The position numbers and the translations under genes are program-made. 64,000 nt of DNA from Acidobacteriota bacterium (GTDB lineage Bacteria > Acidobacteriota > UBA6911 > RPQK01 > JADFOI01): assembly GCA_963663035.1 (NCBI GenBank), contig OY760074.1, forward strand, positions 2,432,001 through 2,496,000. Direction: 5' to 3'. The notes beneath the pieces were generated by a model, which saw only the letters and a list, made by a program, of their open reading frames with translations, had not been told where the DNA came from and did not search any database. This document shows positions 28,747 through 37,856 of this stretch, in pieces (within the stretch, counting starts at the first letter, position 1; every line of letters begins with the position of its first letter).

Positions 28747-29319
28747 ATGCCGATGAACTACTTCAAACATCCGAAGGCACTCGTTGAGACCAACGAAATC
28801 GGAGCGGACACCCGAGTGTGGGCTTTTGCCCACATCATGAAGGGTGCTCGGGTGGGCAGCGGATGCAACATCTGCGAGCAGGTATTCATCGAAAGCGGTG
28901 CGATCGTTGGGAATCTGGTCACGGTCAAGAATGGCGTCAGCCTTTGGGACAAGATAACTATAGAAGACCGGGTTTTTATCGGGCCCAATGCTGCTTTTAC
29001 CAATGACATGTGGCCTAGAAGCAGAGCCGGTGGGGATTTGCTTCCGACGCTGATTCGCTACGGTGCAACGATCGGAGCCAATGCGACCTTCCTGTGCGGA
29101 ATCATCATCGGAAAGTTTGCATTCATCGGAGCCGGTTCGGTCGTTACCCGGGATGTACCGGACTACACCCTCGTTTTGGGAAATCCGGCCAGAAAAGGGG
29201 GCTATGTGTGCGAATGTTCCAGGAAGCTCATCCAGGAGGATCCCAACTCTTACCGGTGCCAGCGGTGTTCGAAAGCGTATCTGGCGACCGCGGAAGGAAT
29301 CCTGACACCGAATGACTGA
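28747..29319 (+). CDS. Hexapeptide acetyltransferase, second copy (WbpD/WxcM-like)
   Basis: RVWAFAH, TVKNGV, FTND..PRS, IGANAT, CECS..CQRC. Confidence 0.9.
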   Translation: MPMNYFKHPKALVETNEIGADTRVWAFAHIMKGARVGSGCNICEQVFIESGAIVGNLVTVKNGVSLWDKITIEDRVFIGPNAAFTNDMWPRSRAGGDLLPTLIRYGATIGANATFLCGIIIGKFAFIGAGSVVTRDVPDYTLVLGNPARKGGYVCECSRKLIQEDPNSYRCQRCSKAYLATAEGILTPND

Positions 29320-29336
29320 GAGCGTGTTGCTCACTG

Positions 29337-29401
29337 GAATGTGGGAGCCGCCTCAGTGCGGCGAATGGGCCTCTTCGCGGCCTGAGGCCGCTCCCACATT
29401 C
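29337..29401. repeat. REP-like double palindrome
   Basis: Terminal inverted repeat GAATGTGGGAGC / GCTCCCACATTC enclosing GCCGCCTCAGTGCGGC and GCGGCCTGAGGCCGC hairpins, between convergent genes. Confidence 0.75.
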
Positions 29402-29428
29402 TCCCAACCGCAAGGACAGGAAGGCGGG

Positions 29429-31282
29429 CTAGCGCTTCGCATACACCTGAACTTTGCCGAAGTTCATCATCTGGGTAAAGCCGAAACTCCCATCCCTCAA
29501 ACCCCGATAATATTGCAGATGTTCTCTGTACTGGGCCTCACCGGCGCCAAACTGGCTGGCTTTGGTGGGATCTACGAACCTTTGTGATATCTCTTCACTC
29601 ACAATGACAACGTCCGGTGCGAAAATCTCGAGGTCTTCACTCGTCCCTGCGAAAGTCAGTTGAGCCTCCGCGAAGGCGGGCGGTACATAGCTGTAGCTGT
29701 CGTACAGCACTCGAGAATCCGCCTCGAAGGTCTCGGCCAGCCACAGACCGGCCCTCACCGCGGGGCTCTTCTCCACACGCAATCTCTCTGTAGCTCGAAA
29801 CTCTTGAACTCTTGTGATGGAGCTAGCAAAATCTGCGGCACCCAGCACGAGAAAGAGCACGAGGACAGGAACGGCGAACTTGCGAGAGACGGCGTCGAGA
29901 GACGCTCGTGCGAGTTGAGCCAGGAACTGTCCAGCGAGGATGATCAGGACTGGAAACACCGGCAAGAGATAACGAGGCTCCATCATGCGAACTCGCATCA
30001 CCAGGAAGCCCAGGTACAAGAGGACCCAAAGCCAAAGAATCACCTCGGGTCGGATGACTGGCCCAGCCAAGCGCTGACCGATCGACAGATGCTGGGCCTC
30101 TTTAGTGGCCAGGTCGTGGAAGAGATAAAGAAGACCCACTGCAGCCATTGCGGCAAATGTAACCCCCAGCAAATCCTGTGAGACGAGCAGCGACAGCCAT
30201 CCTTGCACGCCTCCCTCACCCCGAAAATAATGGCCGAAGGCCACATGCCTGGATTGGGAAATCATGCCGTAGAGGAAGTTGAGTTTCCAAAGCGAGAAGG
30301 GTGAGCCAATGACGAAGGCTGTGATAAAGGCAGCCACCGAAATACCAACTTGCGACAGTGTTCTTGCTAGAAAATCACTTCTGGCCAGGAGCCTCCAGGG
30401 CCAGCGCAGGATGCCGAGAACAATGAGGACACATCCTGTAGCACCCAGCAAAATCCTGAACTCCCTGATTACCGGCAAGTTGCTGCTCTCTACAGCACCA
30501 TCGGAAGTCAATAAGCGAGCCACAAGTTCAACCCGCATCACCAATCCCAGCGAAACGCTCCCAATTCCCGCCGCCAGAGTTAGACCACGGGCCCATTTTC
30601 TGACCAGCAGGGCAGCGCTCCGAAATGGGCCCACCTCATCGCGGCCTGCGTTCCCCCCAACCGCCACAAGCCAGATGACTGGGAGCAGAAAGAGGCCTGA
30701 GTACTTGCAGGCAAAAGCCAATCCAGCGGAAGCGGAGGCAAGAACAAGAGACTCCCGGCTTTTGTCGCCGCCTAGCCTGCAACAGAAATACAGCCCAAGC
30801 ATGAGGAAGAACAGTTGAGGAACGTCTGGGTGAGCATAAACCGACCATTCGATAAAATTCAACGAGATCCCACAGAGCAGGCAGGCCGACACCCAACCGA
30901 CAAGACGACCGAAGTATCTGCGGGCTAGAAAGAAAGTGCAGAGAACCGTGGCTGCACCAGCCACTGCCGATACCAGGCGTAAACTGATGATAATCGACTG
31001 ATCGGTCACTGGAGTGAGGAAGCTCATCAAGAACAGAGGAATGAGAGCGAGGTTGAATTGTAGATGCCCATACTGCGAGTAGTCGATTCGCAGGGTCCCC
31101 TGGGACAGCGCCTGACGCAAAAGCTCCAATTGGGTGGGTTCATCTGAGTTGAAAACAGAGACCAGGCGAATATTCTCGGATGCGGTGGGGATCATGGCCG
31201 TCGCGAGCCACACGAAGTAGCAGCCCGTCAAGACCGCAACGCATATTCCCTCGAGGTTTCTGTTCATTGGAATCTCCGGCAT
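29429..31282 (-). CDS. GT-C (PMT/ArnT-like) integral membrane glycosyltransferase
   Basis: Polytopic; NSDE in the first loop, HPD, GLAFACKY, SPF, RYLLP, C-terminal soluble domain. Confidence 0.8.
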   Translation of the reverse strand: MPEIPMNRNLEGICVAVLTGCYFVWLATAMIPTASENIRLVSVFNSDEPTQLELLRQALSQGTLRIDYSQYGHLQFNLALIPLFLMSFLTPVTDQSIIISLRLVSAVAGAATVLCTFFLARRYFGRLVGWVSACLLCGISLNFIEWSVYAHPDVPQLFFLMLGLYFCCRLGGDKSRESLVLASASAGLAFACKYSGLFLLPVIWLVAVGGNAGRDEVGPFRSAALLVRKWARGLTLAAGIGSVSLGLVMRVELVARLLTSDGAVESSNLPVIREFRILLGATGCVLIVLGILRWPWRLLARSDFLARTLSQVGISVAAFITAFVIGSPFSLWKLNFLYGMISQSRHVAFGHYFRGEGGVQGWLSLLVSQDLLGVTFAAMAAVGLLYLFHDLATKEAQHLSIGQRLAGPVIRPEVILWLWVLLYLGFLVMRVRMMEPRYLLPVFPVLIILAGQFLAQLARASLDAVSRKFAVPVLVLFLVLGAADFASSITRVQEFRATERLRVEKSPAVRAGLWLAETFEADSRVLYDSYSYVPPAFAEAQLTFAGTSEDLEIFAPDVVIVSEEISQRFVDPTKASQFGAGEAQYREHLQYYRGLRDGSFGFTQMMNFGKVQVYAKR

Positions 31283-31303
31283 CCCTGGTAACTGCCGCTT
31301 CTA

Positions 31304-31371
31304 CACAGAACTTCGTGGAGTCAACCTATAATATAAAAGAAGAATGGCGTTAATCGTTGCTTGTACTGAAA
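31304..31371. promoter_or_regulatory. Conserved divergent intergenic element, copy B
   Basis: CACAGAACTTCGTGGAGTCAACCTATAATATAAAA...TCGTTGCTTGT, a direct repeat of 26479-26558. Confidence 0.7.
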
Positions 31372-31372
31372 A

Positions 31373-32131
31373 GTGATCATGACCCGGTCTGACGACCCTT
31401 CAATTCGCACTTTTTATGATCGCTGGTATGAAGCGCGATCTGAGGGGAAAGACATTGATCGTCTCTGTCGCATTCGTGTCATCCGGAATTTCCTGCGTGC
31501 GCTTTCCCTTGGAGATAGTAACATCCTGGAGCTTGGATGCGGCCAAGGGTGGCTGGCAAACGTGCTCTCGCAGTACGGTCGGGTGACGGCGGTTGACTTG
31601 TCAGCCGAGGCAATTCTCGCAGCCAAATCAGCCTACCCTCACATTGAGTTCCGTGCCGGTAGTTTCCTTGAGATGACCGACCTGCCAAGAGACTGCGATC
31701 TGATCGTCTCGTCAGAGGTGGTTGAGCATATGGTCGCCGAAGAGCAGATTCGATTCCTGGCTCTCATCAGCGATCACCTTCGCCCGGGAGGATCAGTGAT
31801 CTTGACCACGCAGAACCGAGAAGTAGCAGGAAGATTTCTGGAGAGTGGCGATCCGGATGCGCCAGATCATCTCCAACCGATCGAGCAGTGGCTTTCGATT
31901 GAAGAGCTTCGTGCCATGCTCGAGCCAATGTTTGAGATCCTGAAGATGAAAACGGTCCTCTTCTTTCATCCATTCTTGCGCCGGCATCGGACGCTCAACT
32001 GGCTAAGGTATGTGGCGTATTGCCGGCTCGGCCTCTTGCCTGTGATTGAAGGCAGTCTCGATGGAGGGCCAGGAGGGATGTACATGTGTTGTCTGGCGAG
32101 GAAAGCGGCACACCAGGGACGCTGTGGATAG
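31373..32131 (+). CDS. Class I SAM methyltransferase
   Basis: ILELGCGQG, SEVVEHM, LRPGG. Confidence 0.85.
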   Translation: MIMTRSDDPSIRTFYDRWYEARSEGKDIDRLCRIRVIRNFLRALSLGDSNILELGCGQGWLANVLSQYGRVTAVDLSAEAILAAKSAYPHIEFRAGSFLEMTDLPRDCDLIVSSEVVEHMVAEEQIRFLALISDHLRPGGSVILTTQNREVAGRFLESGDPDAPDHLQPIEQWLSIEELRAMLEPMFEILKMKTVLFFHPFLRRHRTLNWLRYVAYCRLGLLPVIEGSLDGGPGGMYMCCLARKAAHQGRCG

Positions 32132-32316
32132 TGGCTATGCCGACAGGACGCATCAGGAAGAATCCCTAGGATCACAAGGGCTCACACAACTCTGGTAACT
32201 ACCGCCGCTTGGCGACGACCTACCAACGAGCATTCTACATAGTTTTGTATAGTAGTGGCATGGGTTTCGAGGTTCTGACTGGGCTGTTTTGCGGACATCG
32301 AATTGGACCCCAGCAG

Positions 32317-33351
32317 ATGGGCCAGCACCGTCTGCCTGTTCGAATGTGGGTCGGACTTTCACGAGCCGTGTCAGGATTTCTGCTCAGGCATCGTTTTCGA
32401 GGGCGAGGGCGGCTCCTGAGCCTGGCGACGCGATGGCTGATGCCAAAACCTGCAGGGCCGACGATCGTGCCGGTTCTCGGGGACCTGCTCATGTGGGTGG
32501 ACCCTGCGGACGGCGGGTTAGAGCAATCCCTGTATTATTTTGGGGCCTACGAAGCGGGCACCCTTCACGTGATGGCGAGGTGTTTGCACCCCGGTGACAC
32601 GTTTTTGGACATAGGCGCCAACATCGGCTTAATGACCTTGACGGCCTCTCGGGCGGTGGGCGGCACGGGACAGGTGCACGCCTTTGAGCCCCTTCCCGAG
32701 ACTCGCGCGATACTGGAACGCAACCTGGTGCTCAATCACACGCAGGGCGTCGTGGTCCATGGGACAGCCCTGGGGGCGAGGGCGCGGAGACGCACACTCT
32801 ATTCTCCTGAAGGCACAAACCGGGGAATGGCTACGCTCCTTCCGCCGGCCACGGCACGCTCGTCAGTCGACGTGGAAGTGCTGCCTCTCGATGAGATTCT
32901 ACAGGCACAGGGATTGATTAACGTGCGTATGATGAAAATCGATGTGGAGGGCTGGGAACTGGAAGTGCTCAAAGGGGCCACCACCTTCCTTGGGCAAGAG
33001 AATCCGCCGATCCTTTGCATTGAATACAGCGCCATGCGTCCAGTGCAAGGTGGCACGCTCCTGGATCTGGCCCGCTGGCTTACCCGCATCAACAGCTATC
33101 GCCTTTATCGGCTGGATCTTGGCAAGAACCATCTGGGGCTGCTGAAGCTCGTTGGGTCCGAACAGGAGCTGCCGTATCATGACAATCTTTTTTGTGTGAC
33201 CGACCAACAACGGACTACGCTACCGGCCTCGCTTTTTGCAGACCGTACAGCTCGGTTAACGGGTTCCCGCAACGAGTCAAGGTCACAGGGTATCCTTTCC
33301 CAAAGGGACTGTCCCCTCCCTGTCAAGAAAGAGGACTATTGCCGCGCATGA
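32317..33351 (+). CDS. FkbM family methyltransferase (start uncertain)
   Basis: YEAG, FLDIGANIG, AFEP, MKIDVEGWELEVLKG. Confidence 0.88.
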   Translation: MGQHRLPVRMWVGLSRAVSGFLLRHRFRGRGRLLSLATRWLMPKPAGPTIVPVLGDLLMWVDPADGGLEQSLYYFGAYEAGTLHVMARCLHPGDTFLDIGANIGLMTLTASRAVGGTGQVHAFEPLPETRAILERNLVLNHTQGVVVHGTALGARARRRTLYSPEGTNRGMATLLPPATARSSVDVEVLPLDEILQAQGLINVRMMKIDVEGWELEVLKGATTFLGQENPPILCIEYSAMRPVQGGTLLDLARWLTRINSYRLYRLDLGKNHLGLLKLVGSEQELPYHDNLFCVTDQQRTTLPASLFADRTARLTGSRNESRSQGILSQRDCPLPVKKEDYCRA

Positions 33352-34619
33352 CTCAGCAGGTGAGCTTGAGAAAGTATCCCTATCCTTACCGGAGTGCCCT
33401 CACCATTTGCAGTGATATTGACTTGACCACTCCTGAAGAATTCCTTGAAATACACCGCTTCCTCAATACCAAGCAACGCACCCCCATGGGTGTTGGTGTG
33501 GGGTTGGAGATAGGGGACAGCTTTTGGATGTACTCGGCTGCTCCCGAACCCGGGAGGAGCTTGTCCTTATTTAACGGCTTGGAGCCTGTAGAAGGCCCCT
33601 GGTCGGAAATGATCCTCGATTTCATCCGGGCCGGCTACCTCGACTGTCTGCACACCTATGGAGACTTCAGTTTCTACGGTGGTTTCAGGAGGGAAATGGC
33701 GGTCACGGCAGTGGACTATCTTCAAGACAAGGGCATCCAGATTAGAGTTTGGACGAACCATGGAGACCTGCATAACTTTCAAAATATTCAGGAGAATTTT
33801 AGCTTGGGAGACTTGCAGCAGGGGCAGACGGCTAATGGGGATTCCTATGAAATTGTTGAGTATCACATGGACCTCACGCGCACTCTCGGAATCACCTTTC
33901 TGTGCAGGAGCCGCGACGTCACTCAGTTTTGGGGACAGAACAGAGACCTCCGCCTTCAGGAAGTATTTACTCCGACCAGGATGAGCGATCCTGTGAACTG
34001 TCTCAAGTGGTTTTACCACCAGCTTCGCCCCGGTGTTAAGAGGTTCATTGCAAACCCTTTGTTACAAAGCATCAACGTGAGGGATGGGAACTCACTTTTT
34101 GCTTTTAAGCGCTATGGCCGGTGCCAGCAGGACCGATCCAATGATCTTGGAAGTGTACTATCGCAGAAAAATTTTGCGCGGCTGATCAGGGATGAGTCCG
34201 TTGCCATTCTCTATACACATATGGGGAAAAGGCTTCAACCGGAAGGGCCCGTGATCCCCGAAGAGTTCCAAGAAGGTCTGAGAAGGTTAGAAGAACACTT
34301 TCGGGAGGGGACAATCTTTGTTACCACTACCGCTCGTCTGTTGAACTACCTTTCAGTCCACCGGGACTTAGACTTTCTGGTTGTAGAGAACGAAGATCAT
34401 CTCAGAGTCACACTCCAATCCAAGGCCCAAGTGGAAAAACTTGGGGGGATTACTTTCTTTGTGGACAGTCCAAAGAAACCCAGGTTCTTCTTAGACGAAA
34501 AGGAACTTGAGCTTCAAGAGAATCCCAAGGACCATCGCCAACGGAAAAGTTATTCCGTGCCACTAACCCCTCTTTCGATCGAAAAGCTCGAGCCTCACTT
34601 CAAAACTCATGCTCACTAG
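33348..34619 (+). CDS. Conserved hypothetical protein, possibly polysaccharide deacetylase-like
   Basis: ATG 33348 overlaps the FkbM stop; YPYPYRSALTICSDID, DCLHTYGD, WTNHG, LYTH motifs. Confidence 0.6.
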   Translation: MTQQVSLRKYPYPYRSALTICSDIDLTTPEEFLEIHRFLNTKQRTPMGVGVGLEIGDSFWMYSAAPEPGRSLSLFNGLEPVEGPWSEMILDFIRAGYLDCLHTYGDFSFYGGFRREMAVTAVDYLQDKGIQIRVWTNHGDLHNFQNIQENFSLGDLQQGQTANGDSYEIVEYHMDLTRTLGITFLCRSRDVTQFWGQNRDLRLQEVFTPTRMSDPVNCLKWFYHQLRPGVKRFIANPLLQSINVRDGNSLFAFKRYGRCQQDRSNDLGSVLSQKNFARLIRDESVAILYTHMGKRLQPEGPVIPEEFQEGLRRLEEHFREGTIFVTTTARLLNYLSVHRDLDFLVVENEDHLRVTLQSKAQVEKLGGITFFVDSPKKPRFFLDEKELELQENPKDHRQRKSYSVPLTPLSIEKLEPHFKTHAH

Positions 34620-35325
34620 AGTGATCCGTTTCTGGCAAGTGTGGGTAAAGTTGCCCTGGGTGGTGGACCGCAAGTTCGACTTCGCTTTGAGCCAAGCCCG
34701 TCAATATGTGGGTGGCAGGTTGTTGGATGTGGGCTGCGGAGCAAAGCCCTATCGGAAGCTCTATGCTGCATCTGTTGATAGGCACATTGGCGTGGATTTC
34801 ACCATTCCCGATGGAAACCGTGAAGAAGAAGTCGCATCTCGAGCGATGGGGCCCGACGTTTTAGCTGACGGACAACATCTCCCCTTTCGTTCAACATCAT
34901 TCGATACGGTTCTCTGTACCCATGTCTTTGTACATTTCAAGGAACCTTCTCAAGCTATGGGAGAAATGAGCCGTGTTCTCCGAGAAGGTGGACATCTGGT
35001 GTTGAGCGCCCGACAGATGTGGCATGTCTACGTCGCTGAGGATTACTTTCGCTTCACCGAAAACGGGTTAAGGCATCTTGCCAAGAAAAACGGACTCGAA
35101 GTGTTGCAAGTTTTCGGAGTGGGCGGTTTTTTCGCACGCTTGGGAGCCAAACTAAGCTACTTTCTGCACTCGCTCAACCGACGGAAGCTTCGCTTCTTCA
35201 TCGAGGTTCCTTTGGGAATCCTCATCGTGTTCATACAGGGACTCTTCTACTTTCTGGATTCAATTTTTCCTACCCCAAACGACGTGGTTTTTAATGTCCT
35301 TGTGGCCAGGAAAGGTTCCCAGTGA
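34609..35325 (+). CDS. SAM methyltransferase type 11
   Basis: LLDVGCGAKPY, LPF..SFDTV, DYFRFT. Confidence 0.87.
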   Translation: MLTRVIRFWQVWVKLPWVVDRKFDFALSQARQYVGGRLLDVGCGAKPYRKLYAASVDRHIGVDFTIPDGNREEEVASRAMGPDVLADGQHLPFRSTSFDTVLCTHVFVHFKEPSQAMGEMSRVLREGGHLVLSARQMWHVYVAEDYFRFTENGLRHLAKKNGLEVLQVFGVGGFFARLGAKLSYFLHSLNRRKLRFFIEVPLGILIVFIQGLFYFLDSIFPTPNDVVFNVLVARKGSQ

Positions 35326-36659
35326 GCTTGTTCGTGAAGGACATCTCTGCGACGTTAGGCACGAGAGTCATACTTCTGTTTGTCGGTTTTTTCACTAACG
35401 TTTTTGTTGCAAACAGCCTCGGCTCCGAGAGGCTGGGAGCATTCAGCCTGGTCATGACTACCCTGGCGTGGCTTACTCTGTGCGCTGGTTTTGGCATAGA
35501 TGCCTCAAATGTCTATTTTGCAGGGCAAAAGAGATGGACTACGGCATCATTGGTTGCCAATTCACTTTGGATAGCACTGCTGGGAGGTGTCCTGGCTTCA
35601 GTTCTATTCTTGTCGGTTCAGAATTGGGCTTTCGAGACTATCCTCAAAGGGGTCGATCCCAAATGGCAGTTTGTGGGTCTTTTGGCTTTGCCTGTGATGG
35701 TTGCCAGAAACTCTTTGCAGGGGATCTTGAGAGGTACAAACCGAATTCTTGAATGGAACGGGACCGCTTTGGCAAATGCCGCACTACTGTTGCTGCTGTT
35801 TCTCATTCTACTCAAGGGAGCTGGACTGGGGGTGTTGGGAGCGGTTTCGACCCATTTGATCGTTGCCTTTTTAATGACGGTGACGTTGCTTTTCATCTTG
35901 TCGCGAGGCTCAAAGTTATCCTGGAAGATTCATTGGCAAGGGATGAAGGAGAGTCTCGGATACGGACTCAAAATACAATCGAGTAATGTCATCAACTTTT
36001 TCAACTACTACTTGAATTATTATCTCTTGAATTATTTCTTGAGTACGACTGAAGTAGGCCAATACAGCGTGGCCATGGCTTTGAGTCAACCTCTCATGAT
36101 CCTTCCCGCTGCCATTCAGTATGTCCTGCTTCCCAAGGTCTCCATCACTCAAACTTCCGAAGCAAAGATCTGGATGCCCCTATTACTACGACTAACTGTC
36201 TTTCTCATGTTGTCTATGTTGTGCGTCTTCCTTCTGGTCTGCCCTCTTGTTATCGCCTGGTTCTATGGCGACGAGTACGCGGCCTCGGTTTTGCCGCTTC
36301 GACTACTGATTTCAGGCTGCCTTTTCCTCAGTATCGCGACAGTGACTTCAGGTTATAACGCCGGCTCTGGACGTCCCGAGATATCAATTTATTCTTCGGG
36401 GCTGGGTTTGGTGACGACCGTTACACTTGGCATCTGGCTGATTCCCACCTACGGTTTGGCAGCGGCCGGCTTCACCTCAGCCGTGGCCTACTTCGTTCTG
36501 GCTGTTATTGAATTTATCGGTTACCTCCGAGTATCGGGCAACGGAATGGCGGAGTCGCTCATCATCAGAGGAGAAGATTTCCGATTTACTTTCAATTCGC
36601 TCCGGTCGATGGCAACCCATTGGAAAGCCCGATTTGACCTGGAAAAGGGGAAAGATTAG
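35322..36659 (+). CDS. wzx: Oligosaccharide flippase (Wzx/MOP family)
   Basis: About 12 TM segments; LG..G.F, VGQYSVA, YGDEY, LIP.YG..AA. Confidence 0.85.
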   Translation: MSLFVKDISATLGTRVILLFVGFFTNVFVANSLGSERLGAFSLVMTTLAWLTLCAGFGIDASNVYFAGQKRWTTASLVANSLWIALLGGVLASVLFLSVQNWAFETILKGVDPKWQFVGLLALPVMVARNSLQGILRGTNRILEWNGTALANAALLLLLFLILLKGAGLGVLGAVSTHLIVAFLMTVTLLFILSRGSKLSWKIHWQGMKESLGYGLKIQSSNVINFFNYYLNYYLLNYFLSTTEVGQYSVAMALSQPLMILPAAIQYVLLPKVSITQTSEAKIWMPLLLRLTVFLMLSMLCVFLLVCPLVIAWFYGDEYAASVLPLRLLISGCLFLSIATVTSGYNAGSGRPEISIYSSGLGLVTTVTLGIWLIPTYGLAAAGFTSAVAYFVLAVIEFIGYLRVSGNGMAESLIIRGEDFRFTFNSLRSMATHWKARFDLEKGKD

Positions 36660-36686
36660 AACCTGCTTCCTACAGGTGGCAAAGCT

Positions 36687-37850
36687 ATGCATTTGTGCTT
36701 CATGGGTAACTTGGAAAGTATTCATCTCAGGAGGTGGATCCAGCACTTTATCGAGCGAGGACACCAGGTCTCTTTGCTTTCATACTCAGGTGAATCGGTC
36801 CAAATGGAGGGGTTGAAGGTACATTCCCTCCTGGAGAACGGTTCTGGAGATACTCAACCCCTTCCGAGCAATTCCGCTCCCCCTACAGCTCCCCCTCGGG
36901 CACCTGAGTGGGCTCAGCGTCTCCTTCCCTTTGGCCTTCTCACCGCCAAGATGAGTCTGAAATGGCTGCGCCATGGGATCAAGAAAAAGCTGAAGGAAAT
37001 TCAGCCGGACATTTTACATGGGCATTTTCTAGTGGAGTACGGGTTGTATGCCGCTATCACGGGATTCTCACCGTTAGTCGTCTCTGCATGGGGTTCGGAC
37101 CTTCTGCTTCATCCTCAGAGGTCCTTGCTTAACAGGTTGTTGGTCCGCTATACGGCCAAAAGAAGTTCTTTGTTCCATGTTGCATCTCCTTTCATGGTCA
37201 CGAAGCTAGAAGAAATGGGACTCCGTCATGACAACATCGTCATTGCCAATCTTGGGGTGGGCGAAGAGTTCCTTGATGTCCAAACTCAGTCAACGGCAGG
37301 GAGAAGTGTATTGGTGAGCACGCGGAAGCTTGGTCAAGTCTACAATCCAGCTACTCTTATCCGGGCCATGAAGTTGGTGAGCAAGGACCATCCTCAGGTT
37401 TTGCTGAGATTAGCGGGAGAAGGTCCGCTTCGCCAAGGTCTCGAAGCTTTGGTGGCTGAGTTGGGCTTGCAGGCCAATGTTGAGTTCTTGGGCAGTCTCT
37501 CTGAAGAAGATGTCAAACAGACTCTGAGCGAAGCCGATCTCTATCTTTCTACCTCGCTCTCGGATTCAGCCTCTATCGCATTGCTGGAGGCCATGGCGGT
37601 CGGACTTCTTCCGATTGTATCGGACATTGCGGGAAACAGGGAATGGATCACAGACGGTGTCAACGGGTTCCTTGTTGACCCTCACGACACCGATACGATG
37701 GCCGCGAGGATCACACTGGCTTTGAGCAGGGCCGACTGGAGACAAGAGGTGTGTCAGCAAAATAAGGAGATTGTGAAACAGCGAGCTCTCCGGAAAAACC
37801 AGATGGACATCGTGGAACAGGCCTACCGGGAGCTACTCTCGCAGAAATAG
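36687..37850 (+). CDS. GT4 glycosyltransferase (pair 1a)
   Basis: WGSD, LLEAMAVG, EW..DGVNGFLV. Confidence 0.9.
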   Translation: MHLCFMGNLESIHLRRWIQHFIERGHQVSLLSYSGESVQMEGLKVHSLLENGSGDTQPLPSNSAPPTAPPRAPEWAQRLLPFGLLTAKMSLKWLRHGIKKKLKEIQPDILHGHFLVEYGLYAAITGFSPLVVSAWGSDLLLHPQRSLLNRLLVRYTAKRSSLFHVASPFMVTKLEEMGLRHDNIVIANLGVGEEFLDVQTQSTAGRSVLVSTRKLGQVYNPATLIRAMKLVSKDHPQVLLRLAGEGPLRQGLEALVAELGLQANVEFLGSLSEEDVKQTLSEADLYLSTSLSDSASIALLEAMAVGLLPIVSDIAGNREWITDGVNGFLVDPHDTDTMAARITLALSRADWRQEVCQQNKEIVKQRALRKNQMDIVEQAYRELLSQK

Positions 37851-37856
37851 GATGCC

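Noticed and set aside
32199-32206. RfaH ops element GGCGGTAG
   Set aside because: On the minus strand, antisense to the surrounding genes and not in an operon leader; likely chance.
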